Shown here in pieces: positions 36,594 to 46,913 of a DNA stretch of 64,000 bases (positions are counted from its first letter, which is position 1; the number at the start of each line of letters is the position of its first letter). The DNA lies in the NCBI GenBank assembly GCA_963969005.1, contig CAXAJC010000001.1:1477-65476 (forward strand), in the 5' to 3' direction. The notes beneath the pieces were generated by a model. The model was not told where the DNA came from. It did not search any database and was given only the letters and a program-made list of their open reading frames with translations. The DNA is from an uncultured Cellvibrionales bacterium (GTDB lineage Bacteria; Pseudomonadota; Gammaproteobacteria; Pseudomonadales; Porticoccaceae). Both the position numbers and the translations under genes were made by a program.

Positions 36594-39500
36594 ATGAATC
36601 ATGCCCTTGTCAAAATAACGAAGTCTGCCAGCCTGTGGTTCTGGCGGCTTGCTGCGCTGTTAATTATTGGCACTGTTATTTTGCTGGTTATTGGACGTCA
36701 GACCATTGGCAGTATTGACCAACTACGTCCGACATTGCAGAGCATTATCACTGACAATTCTGGTCTGCAGGTCAATCTGGGCCGGCTGCAGGGTGAATGG
36801 CCGAGGCTAGTGCCTATTTTGGATGTGGAGGCGGTTGAGGTTATTGCTGACAACGGCGAGGTGGCAATCTCTCTGGACCATGGTCGTGCCAACCTAGATG
36901 TTTTAAACAGCCTTAAATACGGATCGCCCATCTGGCGCGAGTTGACCGTTGATCAGCTGGTGCTGAATGTGCGCGAAGACAGCAAGGGCCGCTGGAATAT
37001 CAATGGCCTTGATGGTGAATCTAAGACTGATCTAAAGCTTATTCTTGATCCACTGTTTTACAGTCGCCTGATTCGTATGAAGCTGGTGATTGTAAATCTG
37101 GAGTTCTTTTCCGGTAAACAGCTGCAGATGCGCAGTGATGAAGTGCGGTTGGAAAATGACTCGGACTTTCACCGCGCTGAATTATCCCTGCGCCTGTCCG
37201 ATCAGGAGACTCCTGCCTATTTGCTGTTGGAGGGAGTTGGCGATCCCTCTGATCTCGAGTCCTTCCATGCCGATGGTTACTTGCAGCTTAATGGTTTCAA
37301 TATATCCCAGCCGGTTGTCGAGATGGCCAAGTCGTTGCTGCCCCAGCTGTTTGCCAATTTAGATGAGTTTGAAGCCAAGACCAGCGGTGAGCTGTGGTTT
37401 GATATTCATCCTGGTGGCGGGCTGGATTTTGAAGGTGAACTGGCAGTTTCCGAGGTGCCTCTGGACTGGCTTGCCGAAGTGCCACCCCTCAAAAATATTT
37501 ATACCGGGATAACGGGCTGGTTTACTCCAGGTTCGGATTGGGGGATCAGATTACAGGGTTTTGATTTTGCTTGGTCGGACAGTGATATTAAACCGCTGGA
37601 TATGGTGTTTACTCAGCGCCTGGGTTCCCGCTGGCGTGACTTTGATGTGTCTGTAAATCGCCTTGATTTGAATATTTTAACTGATCTGCTGCGCCAGACC
37701 AGGCTGCCTGCTGACAGGCTACTAAACATTATTGATCAGGTGCGTCCGCAGGGTAGCCTCAGCGCTCTGACATTGGGACAGAATGAAAATGGCTATTACG
37801 CCTCAGCCAATCTGCAGGCTATCAATATGCGGAATTACAAAGGCGCTCCGGCCCTTAAAGGTGTGGATGGCTATCTGGAAGTGCATGAGCACGGTGGCCT
37901 GTTTCATATTGCAGATAGTGATGGTTTTGATGTTTTTTTTACCAAGGTCTACCGCGATTATCTCCATGTGGACAGTGCCGAGGGCACGATATATCTGGAT
38001 TGGCAGCCTGAACAAAAAACACTGATGGTAGAGAGTGAGCCAGTGAAGACAGTGGTTGATGCTGGCACCAGCCATATTATGTTTTCGGTTGAGCAGCAGT
38101 TCCACAGCAGGGGGTTGCCCCCTGAGGTTAATCTGGTGATTGGTGGCCGCGATATTGATGCCAGTTACAGCAAACAATACCTGCCCTATAAGATGCCGGA
38201 GACTCTGAGCAATTGGCTTAAAACCGCAATTGTCGGCGGTAATGTTAAAGACTTTGCCCTGGCCTACAGAGCCGGAGCACCGCGAAATGATGTTCGCTCC
38301 AGAACCAGTCAGATGCTGTTCCGCGCTGAAGACACTGCAATAGACTACCATCCGGATTGGCCCGGGCTGCGTGATCTGGATACTGAGGTGCTGGTTGATG
38401 ATGGCTATGTGCAGTCCAGTATCAGTTCGGGACTGGCGGGGGATAATAGTATTGTTGCGGCTACTGCTGAGTATGACAGTGCCATGCCCCCAGAGCAGCG
38501 TATTTTAATCATCGATGGCACTGTGGCTGGTTCTCTGGCCCAGGGCGTTGATTTTCTGGCTCAGTCCCCGGTAAAGAAAAACCTTGGGCCTCTGGCCAGC
38601 TGGGACCTTGCCGGTAATGCTGATACCCAGATGCAGCTGCGAATTCCATTGGGCATAAAATCTAAAAATACTCTAGCCAAGGCTGAGTATAAGGTTAGCA
38701 CCCAACTGACTGATGCGCGGCTCGCTATACCAGACTCGCCAATTGCAATGACTGAGGTCAACGGCGATATTAAATTCTCTGCTGCGGATGGGCTGCAGTC
38801 TGACAATATTACTGCCACATTCTGGCAGGAACCTTTAACCGCCAAACTATATAAAACTGGGTCCGAACAAAAAATTGCCATAAAGACCGAGGTTAAACCG
38901 GAGAGTATCGAGCAGCTGGTTAAATTTCCCTGGTCTGAGGTGTTGGTGAGTAATGTTGCTATAGATGGGTTGTTGAGTATTCCCCCTGCCTCAGCCGAGG
39001 ACGGGGTCAATCTGGCACTGACCAGTCAGTTGCAGGGCACTGAGATACGCTTACCAGAGCCTCTGGCGCTGTCCGCTGCAGATCAGCGATCGATGAATAT
39101 GACAATATTTTTCAGCCCGGAGTTGGCGCGTATTGAAGCTAATCTGGGAGAAGAGCTGACTGCTGAGATGTATTTCTCTGATGGTGCCCTGTCTCAGGGG
39201 TTAGTGCTCTATGACCGCGCAGATGTTGCTGCCCAGCCGGGGGAGTTGCTGGTTGCCGCCTATATGCCGACTACGGATCTACAGATATGGATGCCTGTTG
39301 TTGAGCTGTTTTCTCGTCAATCCTCGGAGCCTAGGCAGTCCAGTTGGGAGCCAGTGTTTGATTTGAATTTTGATCGTCTGGAGCTGGCAACATTTGAGCT
39401 TAATCAGATTGAGGCGCGAATCAGTATCAGCAACCAAATTACGCAGATTGCCTTTAATAGTGATCTTGCCGATGGTCTGTTGGAGCTTGCCGCAGACAAG

Positions 39501-40508
39501 CAGCAGGTTCCCCGACTAAGTCTTTCCCGTTTGCATTTACCCAGTGCTTTGCTGGAAGAAAAAATCGGCCAGCAGACTGTAGACCCCCGTACATTTTTAG
39601 CGGTTGATCTGTCGGTTGATCAGCTCAGGGTTGGCGATAAAGACTGGGGCTCCATTGCTCTGCAGTTGCGCCCGGAGGTATCTGGTGCAGCGTTCAATAA
39701 TATCAGCGGTAATCTGCTGGGCCTGCGCCCTGGCTTATCTGATACGGAACCGCCCACAGAATTTTTCTGGAGCTTCGATGGCGAAGCCCACAGCAGCAGG
39801 CTGATAGGTCCTGTTGCGGTGGATAATATTGGCGATATGTTTGCCAGCTTTGATATTGATAAAGTGGTTGATAGCGAGTCCGGTAAATTAACATTTGACC
39901 TTGCCTGGCAGGAGAAGCCCTGGGGGCTCAGCAGAGAAAATATAATTGGTGATTTTGATATTAAATTATCCGATGGCAGTTTTTATAAATCTGCCGGTGG
40001 TGCTGGTGGTGCCCTGAAGCTGGTCAGCCTGTTTAATTTTGCTAATTGGCTACGTCGTTTGCAGCTGGATTTCTCCGATGTGGTGGGGCAAAACCTTGAG
40101 TACAACAGGCTTAACGGCAAGCTGCATTTTGAAAATGGTGTGGCCAGCCTCCGCGACCCGTTAAAAATGGATATGCCTTCTGGTCGCATGAGCATGGCGG
40201 GTGATTTTGATCTGGTCAATGAAACCGTGGATACCCGCTTAGTGGCAACATTGCCGGTAGCGACTAATCTGCCCTGGGTGGTGGCAATGATGGGAGGCCT
40301 GCCTGCAGCTGCTGGAGTCTATGTTACCAGTAAGCTGGTTGAGAAGCAGGTTGATCGACTATCCAGTATTAGTTATGAAGTCACTGGGCCCTGGGATGAT
40401 GTAAAGGTCTCTGTCGACAAGATCTTTGCCGCAGAGTTAAAAGGGGCCCCTGAAACCGGGCAGCCGGAAAAGGACAAGGCGGTTAGCAAACCAACGACAG
40501 ATCAGTAG
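36594..40508 (+). CDS. yhdP: YhdP-family (AsmA-like) phospholipid bridge protein
   Basis: 1304 aa with an N-terminal TM, beta-rich, C-terminal RRLQLDFSD...YEVTGPWDD; located after rng. Confidence 0.9.
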   Translation: MNHALVKITKSASLWFWRLAALLIIGTVILLVIGRQTIGSIDQLRPTLQSIITDNSGLQVNLGRLQGEWPRLVPILDVEAVEVIADNGEVAISLDHGRANLDVLNSLKYGSPIWRELTVDQLVLNVREDSKGRWNINGLDGESKTDLKLILDPLFYSRLIRMKLVIVNLEFFSGKQLQMRSDEVRLENDSDFHRAELSLRLSDQETPAYLLLEGVGDPSDLESFHADGYLQLNGFNISQPVVEMAKSLLPQLFANLDEFEAKTSGELWFDIHPGGGLDFEGELAVSEVPLDWLAEVPPLKNIYTGITGWFTPGSDWGIRLQGFDFAWSDSDIKPLDMVFTQRLGSRWRDFDVSVNRLDLNILTDLLRQTRLPADRLLNIIDQVRPQGSLSALTLGQNENGYYASANLQAINMRNYKGAPALKGVDGYLEVHEHGGLFHIADSDGFDVFFTKVYRDYLHVDSAEGTIYLDWQPEQKTLMVESEPVKTVVDAGTSHIMFSVEQQFHSRGLPPEVNLVIGGRDIDASYSKQYLPYKMPETLSNWLKTAIVGGNVKDFALAYRAGAPRNDVRSRTSQMLFRAEDTAIDYHPDWPGLRDLDTEVLVDDGYVQSSISSGLAGDNSIVAATAEYDSAMPPEQRILIIDGTVAGSLAQGVDFLAQSPVKKNLGPLASWDLAGNADTQMQLRIPLGIKSKNTLAKAEYKVSTQLTDARLAIPDSPIAMTEVNGDIKFSAADGLQSDNITATFWQEPLTAKLYKTGSEQKIAIKTEVKPESIEQLVKFPWSEVLVSNVAIDGLLSIPPASAEDGVNLALTSQLQGTEIRLPEPLALSAADQRSMNMTIFFSPELARIEANLGEELTAEMYFSDGALSQGLVLYDRADVAAQPGELLVAAYMPTTDLQIWMPVVELFSRQSSEPRQSSWEPVFDLNFDRLELATFELNQIEARISISNQITQIAFNSDLADGLLELAADKQQVPRLSLSRLHLPSALLEEKIGQQTVDPRTFLAVDLSVDQLRVGDKDWGSIALQLRPEVSGAAFNNISGNLLGLRPGLSDTEPPTEFFWSFDGEAHSSRLIGPVAVDNIGDMFASFDIDKVVDSESGKLTFDLAWQEKPWGLSRENIIGDFDIKLSDGSFYKSAGGAGGALKLVSLFNFANWLRRLQLDFSDVVGQNLEYNRLNGKLHFENGVASLRDPLKMDMPSGRMSMAGDFDLVNETVDTRLVATLPVATNLPWVVAMMGGLPAAAGVYVTSKLVEKQVDRLSSISYEVTGPWDDVKVSVDKIFAAELKGAPETGQPEKDKAVSKPTTDQ

Positions 40509-40523
40509 AAATAGGGACCTCTT

Positions 40524-41339
40524 ATGAGTATTGCTGTTGCTGCGATTCAATTTAAACCTCAGGCATCTGTGGATGCCAATTTACATTGTGCTGCGACTTT
40601 TCTTCGGCAGGCCGGGGAAGCTGGCTGTCAATTAGCGGTGCTGCCGGAAAACTTTGCCTATTATGGTCAGCCAGATTTATTACAGGCTGGCCGTGACGAG
40701 TCTGACGAGCAGGGCCCGGTGCGCCAGTTTCTGGCTGAGCAAGCCGCGAGGCATGGTATATGGCTGGTGGCCGGGACTGTCCCTGTAGCTGGGCCGAGCC
40801 CCAGACCCAGTGCCCGTTGTTTTTTGTTCAGTCCCGAAGGTGAGGTTGTTGATCACTACGACAAGATTCACCTGTTTGATGTCGATGTGACCGTTGATGG
40901 GTACAACCGAAGTTACCGTGAATCCGATGATTACAGCGCTGGCAAGCGAGTGGCGGCGGTGCGTACTGATCTGGCAGTACTTGGCCTGACCGTTTGTTAT
41001 GACCTTAGATTTGCTGAACTGTACCGACGGCTGGTCGATGCCGAGGCACAGATTATCACCGTGCCAGCCGCCTTTACTGCGGCCACGGGCAAAGATCATT
41101 GGCAGGTGCTGTTGCGTGCCCGGGCGATTGAAAATCAATGCTTTGTGATTGGTGCCAATCTGGTGGATCGGGAGCATAAGCGCCGCGGTCTGTGGGGTGG
41201 CAGCTGCATCATTGACCCTTGGGGCAATGTGCTGGCATCCATGGAAGATGAGGTGGGTGCGGTGATTGCCGAAATCGAGCTGGGCAAGATTGACCAGATC
41301 AGGGCTGAGATGCCTGTTGCCGAGCACCGCCGCTTGTAA
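40524..41339 (+). CDS. carbon-nitrogen hydrolase (Nit1/YbeM-like deaminated glutathione amidase)
   Basis: Catalytic triad LPEN / YDKIHLFD / VCYDLRF, plus LRARAIENQ. Confidence 0.93.
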   Translation: MSIAVAAIQFKPQASVDANLHCAATFLRQAGEAGCQLAVLPENFAYYGQPDLLQAGRDESDEQGPVRQFLAEQAARHGIWLVAGTVPVAGPSPRPSARCFLFSPEGEVVDHYDKIHLFDVDVTVDGYNRSYRESDDYSAGKRVAAVRTDLAVLGLTVCYDLRFAELYRRLVDAEAQIITVPAAFTAATGKDHWQVLLRARAIENQCFVIGANLVDREHKRRGLWGGSCIIDPWGNVLASMEDEVGAVIAEIELGKIDQIRAEMPVAEHRRL

Positions 41340-41365
41340 TCATCGTCTGTAAATTTGAGGTTTGG

Positions 41366-41872
41366 CTATTCAGTAATCTCGCGCAGGTAGGCAAATAGTT
41401 TTCGCGCTGCCGCCGGTGGTTTTTTTAATTCCCTTTCGCGATTTGCTTGACGCTGCAGATTGCGTAGCTGTTGTCGGTCGGCCTCTGGGTGCTGTTGAAT
41501 AAAGTCTTCTATTGCCGGGCTGCCCTGGTCAATTAAACGGTCGCGCCAGTGTTCCAGCTGTGCAAAATGCTGACGATAGGTCTGGGACTGATGATCCATT
41601 TTTTCTAGGGTATGAGTAATAACCTCGGTATCGGCGGTGCGCATAAGCTTGCCAATATATTGCAGATGACGGCGTTTGGCTTCTCGGCTTTTGAGCCTGC
41701 GGGCTTCATAGATAGCCTCTTTGAGGTTTTCCGGCAGATCAAACTTCTGCAGGTTGCCTTCAGGCATATCCACCAGCTGGGCACCCATATCTTGCAGCGC
41801 CTGACTGTCCCGTTTACGTTGGGATTTGCTCGGGCCGTCCCATTCTGGCGGATCAATTTCTGAATCTATCAT
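41366..41872 (-). CDS. yjgA: ribosome biogenesis factor YjgA/DarP
   Basis: SKSQRKRD...LQDMG, RRHLQYIGKLMR, LEHWRDRL and DRQQLRNLQR. Confidence 0.95.
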   Translation of the reverse strand: MIDSEIDPPEWDGPSKSQRKRDSQALQDMGAQLVDMPEGNLQKFDLPENLKEAIYEARRLKSREAKRRHLQYIGKLMRTADTEVITHTLEKMDHQSQTYRQHFAQLEHWRDRLIDQGSPAIEDFIQQHPEADRQQLRNLQRQANRERELKKPPAAARKLFAYLREITE

Positions 41873-43215
41873 GACAAAAACACTGTTGCTAGACCAAGGA
41901 AAGAGACAAATCCGACAATATCCGTGACTGTGGTCAGAACCACTGTGCCGGCAAGTGCTGGATCTATATTGATCGAGCGCAACAGCACTGGGAGTAATGT
42001 GCCGGTAATGGCGGCGGCGGTCAGGTTAATAGCCATGGCTGCTCCAATAATCAGTGCCATAGTGGAATCCTGAAACCACAGAGATACCACGGCACCAGCG
42101 ACCAGTGCATAGAGCATGCCATTGAGGGCACCGACGGTAAATTCTTTGCTCAGCAGCCACGACAGGTTGCTGCGTTCAACTTGACCCAGAGCCATGCCGC
42201 GAATAACGACAGTTAATGTCTGGCTGCCGGCGACACCTCCCATGCTGGCAACTATGGGCATCAGAATGGCCAGTGCTACCACTTTATCCAGAGTGCCTTC
42301 GAACAGGCTGATGGCGGTGGAGGCGATTATTGCTGTGATCAGGTTAACCCCAAGCCAGACTGCGCGCCGGGGGGCGGTTCGGCTGATGGGTGAAAAGGTG
42401 TCCTCGGTGTCGCTCAAACCGGCCATGGCCAATAATGAGTGGTCGGCATCCTCAACAATAACGTCGACCACGTCATCAATGGTGATACGTCCGAGAAGGC
42501 GATTATTGTCATCGACCACTGGTGCAGAGACCAGATCCTGACGTTGGAACTGCTGGGCTACGTCGGAGTCTGTGAGATTGACATGTATGGCCTGGGCATC
42601 GGGGTTCATCACTTCCCGCACTGTGGTGGTGGGGCTCGAGGTGAGCAGCTTGCCCAATGCCAAATTGCCGAGAAATAAATCATTGCGGCTGACCACAAAT
42701 AGGTTGTCAGTCAGGTCGGGGATTTCATCAAAGCGGCGCAGGTAGCGCAACACTACATCCACGGTGATATCTGGTCGCACGGTGATGATCTCGGTGTCCA
42801 TTAATCCACCGGCAGTTTCTTCATCGTAAGTGAGCACTGACTCTACGCGTTGCCGATCCTGTACGGACATGGCCTGTAGGACTTCGGGGATCATCTGATC
42901 AGGCAGCTGCTGAAGAATATCGACAATATCATCGACATCCAGTCCCTCGGTCAGGGATGCAACTTCCGCGCCGTCCATTTCATTGAGGAATTCGAGCTGG
43001 ATTTCATCGGATAGCTCTTGCAGTACTTCACCGGATATCTCTGGATCAACCAGCTCCCAGAGAATACGACGGAACTTTGGCGGTGCGGTTTCAAGCTGGT
43101 GGGCTACATCCGGAGGTGACAGATTATTGAGAATATGACGAACCTGATTCAAAGTGACTGAATCGATGGCATTGCCCAACTTTGCCAGTAGATTGTTGTC
43201 TTTGGTTTCGGTCAT
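41869..43215 (-). CDS. mgtE: magnesium transporter MgtE
   Basis: N-domain, CBS pair (ETAGGLMDTE), GGVAGSQ and DPALAG...TTVTD. Confidence 0.97.
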   Translation of the reverse strand: MTETKDNNLLAKLGNAIDSVTLNQVRHILNNLSPPDVAHQLETAPPKFRRILWELVDPEISGEVLQELSDEIQLEFLNEMDGAEVASLTEGLDVDDIVDILQQLPDQMIPEVLQAMSVQDRQRVESVLTYDEETAGGLMDTEIITVRPDITVDVVLRYLRRFDEIPDLTDNLFVVSRNDLFLGNLALGKLLTSSPTTTVREVMNPDAQAIHVNLTDSDVAQQFQRQDLVSAPVVDDNNRLLGRITIDDVVDVIVEDADHSLLAMAGLSDTEDTFSPISRTAPRRAVWLGVNLITAIIASTAISLFEGTLDKVVALAILMPIVASMGGVAGSQTLTVVIRGMALGQVERSNLSWLLSKEFTVGALNGMLYALVAGAVVSLWFQDSTMALIIGAAMAINLTAAAITGTLLPVLLRSINIDPALAGTVVLTTVTDIVGFVSFLGLATVFLS

Positions 43216-43321
43216 GGTCTGTTCCCTAGCTAAACCTGCATTGCGCGGTTAGAGGGGCATTTTAGCGGGCTATGGGGCTTACGGATAGGATTAACTGAAA
43301 CTTGTCCGATTATGGCTGAAT

Positions 43322-43591
43322 TTATTCCCCTTCACCAAAATAATCTGCCAGCAGTTGGGTGATTTCATCGCAGGCTGCCTGTTCGTCGGCGCCGTCGAAT
43401 TCGAAGGTCAACTCTGTACCCTGACCGGCTGCCAGTAACATCAGCGACATAATGCTTTTGGCATCCACCAATGGCTCTTGTTTGCCGATACGAATGGCAC
43501 AGGCGTAATGACCTGCTGCTGCGGCCAGTTTAGTAGCAGCGCGAGCATGCAGCCCCAGTTTGTTGATTACTGGTAGTTTGCAGCGAATCAT
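43322..43591 (-). CDS. npr: HPr-family phosphocarrier (NPr)
   Basis: NKLGLHARAA and DAKSIM; located in the rpoN operon. Confidence 0.92.
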   Translation of the reverse strand: MIRCKLPVINKLGLHARAATKLAAAAGHYACAIRIGKQEPLVDAKSIMSLMLLAAGQGTELTFEFDGADEQAACDEITQLLADYFGEGE

Positions 43592-43604
43592 GGCTAACTA
43601 TTTC

Positions 43605-44471
43605 TCAGCATGGGGCACTCAACTCTTTGTGGACTACTTTGACAAAGGGCTGCTGTTGGGAAAAATGCTCATAGAGTCTGTTGGCCAGATACACGGAGCG
43701 GTGCTGGCCGCCGGTGCAGCCAATGGAGACGGTCATATAGCTGCGGTTGTTGGTCTGGAATTTGGGGATCCAGCGTGTCAGGAAGCCGATTATATCGGCC
43801 AGCATTGAGGCAACATCCACCTGGGATTCCAGGAATTCAATTACTGCGGGGTCATTGCCTGTCTGGGTGCGCAATTCTAATTTCCAGTAGGGATTGGGCA
43901 GGCAGCGAACATCAAAGACAAAGTCTGAGTCACTGGGTACGCCCCGTTTAAAGCCAAAGCTTTCGAACAAAATTGACATGCTTTCGCGATTGTCTGGCAC
44001 CACGGTATTTTTAATCAGGTCCCGGAGCTGGTGCAACGACAGCCCGGAGGTGTCGATGGTGCGATCAGAAATGTCCGATATTGGCGTCAGCATTTCCTTT
44101 TCCAGTTCAATTGCTTCTTTGAGGCTAATTGATTCGTTGCTCAGGGGGTGTTTGCGCCTGGTTTCGCTGTAGCGGCGTAGCAGATCATTGCGTCGTGCCT
44201 GCAGAAAGACCACATCCACTGCGACACCAGTATCTTCGATATCATGGAGCATGCTGGGTATTTTACTCAGATCACCCACCAGGTTGCGGGCATCAATACC
44301 CACTGCAAGCATTAGCTCCATTTCCCCTGGCTCATCTTTTAACTGCGTGACAAGTTCCGGCAACAGGCTCGCAGGAAGGTTGTCAATGCAGGTAAAGCCG
44401 ACATCCTCAAGGATATTCAATGCGGAGGTTTTGCCAGATCCGGAGCGACCGCTGATGATAACCAGGCGCAT
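43605..44471 (-). CDS. rapZ: RNase adapter protein RapZ
   Basis: SGRSGSGKT, CIDNLP, FDVRCLPNP and IGCTGGQHRSV. Confidence 0.97.
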   Translation of the reverse strand: MRLVIISGRSGSGKTSALNILEDVGFTCIDNLPASLLPELVTQLKDEPGEMELMLAVGIDARNLVGDLSKIPSMLHDIEDTGVAVDVVFLQARRNDLLRRYSETRRKHPLSNESISLKEAIELEKEMLTPISDISDRTIDTSGLSLHQLRDLIKNTVVPDNRESMSILFESFGFKRGVPSDSDFVFDVRCLPNPYWKLELRTQTGNDPAVIEFLESQVDVASMLADIIGFLTRWIPKFQTNNRSYMTVSIGCTGGQHRSVYLANRLYEHFSQQQPFVKVVHKELSAPC

Positions 44472-44473
44472 GA

Positions 44474-44941
44474 TTAACTCGAGCGCTCCAGTTTTGTGGC
44501 TGTGGCGTAAAGTTCTTCATTGTTGCTGCACTGGCGCAGAGATTGACGAGAGTCGCCATCCTGCATCAATGCAGCGATTCTGGCTAATGTGGCCAGATGT
44601 TCGTCGTTTTTTTCCTCCGGAACGACCAGAGCAAAAATTAAATCTACAGGTTTATCGTCTTGGGCATCGAAGTCGATGGGCTTTTCCAGTTTGATCAGGC
44701 AGCCGTGAATACGTCTGAAGCCGGAAGCGCGACAATGGGGTATGGCGACTCCTTCACCTATCCCTGTGCTGCCCAAGCGCTCCCGGGCAACCAGGCTGTG
44801 GAACAACTGATCGGTCTGCTCCGTATCACCACCCAGTTGCTCGGTGATAAAGGCTGATAAATTTTCCAGTACTCGTTTTTTGCTGGCGCCTGGCAAGTTG
44901 CATAGCGTCATGTCCGGCGTCAGCACGTCTATTATTTTCAT
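44474..44941 (-). CDS. ptsN: PTS IIA(Ntr)
   Basis: RERLGSTGIGEGVAIPH. Confidence 0.95.
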   Translation of the reverse strand: MKIIDVLTPDMTLCNLPGASKKRVLENLSAFITEQLGGDTEQTDQLFHSLVARERLGSTGIGEGVAIPHCRASGFRRIHGCLIKLEKPIDFDAQDDKPVDLIFALVVPEEKNDEHLATLARIAALMQDGDSRQSLRQCSNNEELYATATKLERSS

Positions 44942-44949
44942 GGACTGGG

Positions 44950-45237
44950 TTAATGGCCTCGGTGTTTTTCTTTGTGCTTGATAAGCTGGCGATCCAATTT
45001 GTCGGTCAGGGCATCAATTGCTGCATACATGTCTTCATGCTCTGCATTGGCAAAGAGCTCTGCCCCCGCTACATGTACGGTGGCTTCTGCTTTTTGTACC
45101 AGCTTTTCAACGGTGAGAATAACGGCGGTGCTGGTTATCTGCTCGTAATGCCTTTCAAGTTTGGATAGTTTGGTGGTGACATAGTTGCGTATGGGGTCGG
45201 TGAGATCTAAATGGTGTCCACTGATGGTCATTTGCAT
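44950..45237 (-). CDS. hpf: ribosome hibernation promoting factor
   Basis: ISGHHLDLTDPIRNYV...DMYAAIDALTDKLDRQL. Confidence 0.96.
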   Translation of the reverse strand: MQMTISGHHLDLTDPIRNYVTTKLSKLERHYEQITSTAVILTVEKLVQKAEATVHVAGAELFANAEHEDMYAAIDALTDKLDRQLIKHKEKHRGH

Positions 45238-45249
45238 ACAATTCTCCTT

Positions 45250-46824
45250 TTACTTGGCATTTTCGAATCGTTTCCTTTGGCTCGATGAGGGGATTCCCAT
45301 GCTTTCGCGGTATTTGGCGACAGTTCGTCGGGCAACTTGAATTCCCTGCTCGTCAAGAAGAGAGGTTAGCTTGTTATCACTCAAAGGTTTGGCGGGTTGT
45401 TCTGCGCTAATCATTGTTTTCAGGATAGCGCAAACTGCAGTGGATGAACACTCCCCTCCGCCAGATGTGCCGACATGGCTGGAAAAGAAATATTTCAGCT
45501 CAAATATTCCCTGGGGTGTAGCCAGATATTTGCTGGTGGTGACCCGAGAAATTGTCGACTCATGGAGGTCCAGTTTGGTGGCAATATCTGACAAAACCAT
45601 GGGTTTCATGGCTATGGGACCATGATCCAAAAAGCCTTGCTGCAGATCTATAATGGTGATGGCAACGCGCATCAATGTCTCATTGCGGCTTTCAAGGCTG
45701 CGCAAAAACCAGCGGGCTTCGGCGAGGTTGTTCTTCAAAAATTGATTTTCATCGCTGTTATCTGAGCGATTGATTAGGTTGCTATAGGTGTCGTTGATAC
45801 GCAATTTGGGCATATTGCTGTCATTGAGCTGTACCCGCCAGCGCCCAGCGATCTTTTCTACATACACATCTGGCGCAATATACTCCGCTTCGTTCACTGC
45901 TAAGGCTTCGCCGGGACGGGGATTAAGGCTGCGGATTAGCAGCAGAGCTTCTTGCAGATCATCGCAGCTGTAGCCGGTTTTTTTACTCAGACGATTGATG
46001 TCAACTGAGGCGATATCTTCGAGAAATTCATCGACTAGTCGTATGGCCTGGGCTAGGTGGCCAGTTTCATCACTAAGTTGATTGAGCTGGATAAGCAGAC
46101 ATTCCTTGATATTGCGACCAAATATCCCGGGCGGGTCAAACTGCTGCAGGCGGTGCAATACGGCTTCGAGTTCGTCATCCTCAATGGGATCCATCAGTTC
46201 AGAGCTGTCTTCCGGCTCAAGACTGTTCCCCAAATCTTGATGCTGGATATGGGCTGTGATCTCGCGCAGATCCTCGCTGATCAGGCCGCTGTTATCGATA
46301 GAGTCGATAAAGGCTTCGGCGATTTCGCGGTCACGATCTGAAAACGGTGTCAGGTTGAGCTGCCAGTGCAGGTGGTCTTGCAGTGATTCTGTGACTTGAA
46401 AAACCTGCTCCAGATTAACTTCTGCACCTGTGTTACTGGAAGAGCTGTTGGAAGAGCTATGGTCGTCCCAGTTAGCATCTACAGGAAGATCCTGATGACT
46501 ACCCTGTTCCCAATTGGTCTCGGCTTCAGCTTCTGTAACGGTTTGCTCGGTGGCATCGGCAGCGGTTTGGTGGAGGCTGGGATCATCGCTATTGAAGTCC
46601 ACATCACCATCGCTGTCATTGTCCCCTGTGACTGATGTTTCTTCTTTGCTGCTATTGGTGCGGCCGTCGTCCTCGTCCATTTCCAACAATGGGTTGTTGT
46701 AGAGTTGTTCGATAACTTCTTGGCGTAATTCCAAAGTTGACAGCTGCAGCAGGCGAATGGCCTGCTGCAATTGAGGTGTCATGGTCAGCTGTTGGCTGAT
46801 TTTGAGTTGAAGACCTGGACGCAT
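45250..46824 (-). CDS. rpoN: RNA polymerase sigma-54 factor
   Basis: QLTMTPQLQQAIRLLQL, HESTISR and the RpoN box ARRTVAKYRE. Confidence 0.99.
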   Translation of the reverse strand: MRPGLQLKISQQLTMTPQLQQAIRLLQLSTLELRQEVIEQLYNNPLLEMDEDDGRTNSSKEETSVTGDNDSDGDVDFNSDDPSLHQTAADATEQTVTEAEAETNWEQGSHQDLPVDANWDDHSSSNSSSSNTGAEVNLEQVFQVTESLQDHLHWQLNLTPFSDRDREIAEAFIDSIDNSGLISEDLREITAHIQHQDLGNSLEPEDSSELMDPIEDDELEAVLHRLQQFDPPGIFGRNIKECLLIQLNQLSDETGHLAQAIRLVDEFLEDIASVDINRLSKKTGYSCDDLQEALLLIRSLNPRPGEALAVNEAEYIAPDVYVEKIAGRWRVQLNDSNMPKLRINDTYSNLINRSDNSDENQFLKNNLAEARWFLRSLESRNETLMRVAITIIDLQQGFLDHGPIAMKPMVLSDIATKLDLHESTISRVTTSKYLATPQGIFELKYFFSSHVGTSGGGECSSTAVCAILKTMISAEQPAKPLSDNKLTSLLDEQGIQVARRTVAKYRESMGIPSSSQRKRFENAK

Positions 46825-46853
46825 AGATTGCTAATACTACAAAAAAGACCAGA

Positions 46854-46869
46854 TGCAATTTTAGTGCCG
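46854..46869 (-). promoter_or_regulatory. sigma54 -24/-12-like box upstream of rpoN
   Basis: Minus strand CGGCAC-TAAAA-TTGCA (GG-N10-GC), 30 nt upstream of the rpoN start. Confidence 0.6.
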
Positions 46870-46913
46870 AGTTATGGCAGCTGGCAATGCTGGATTTACG
46901 AATAACCCCATTA

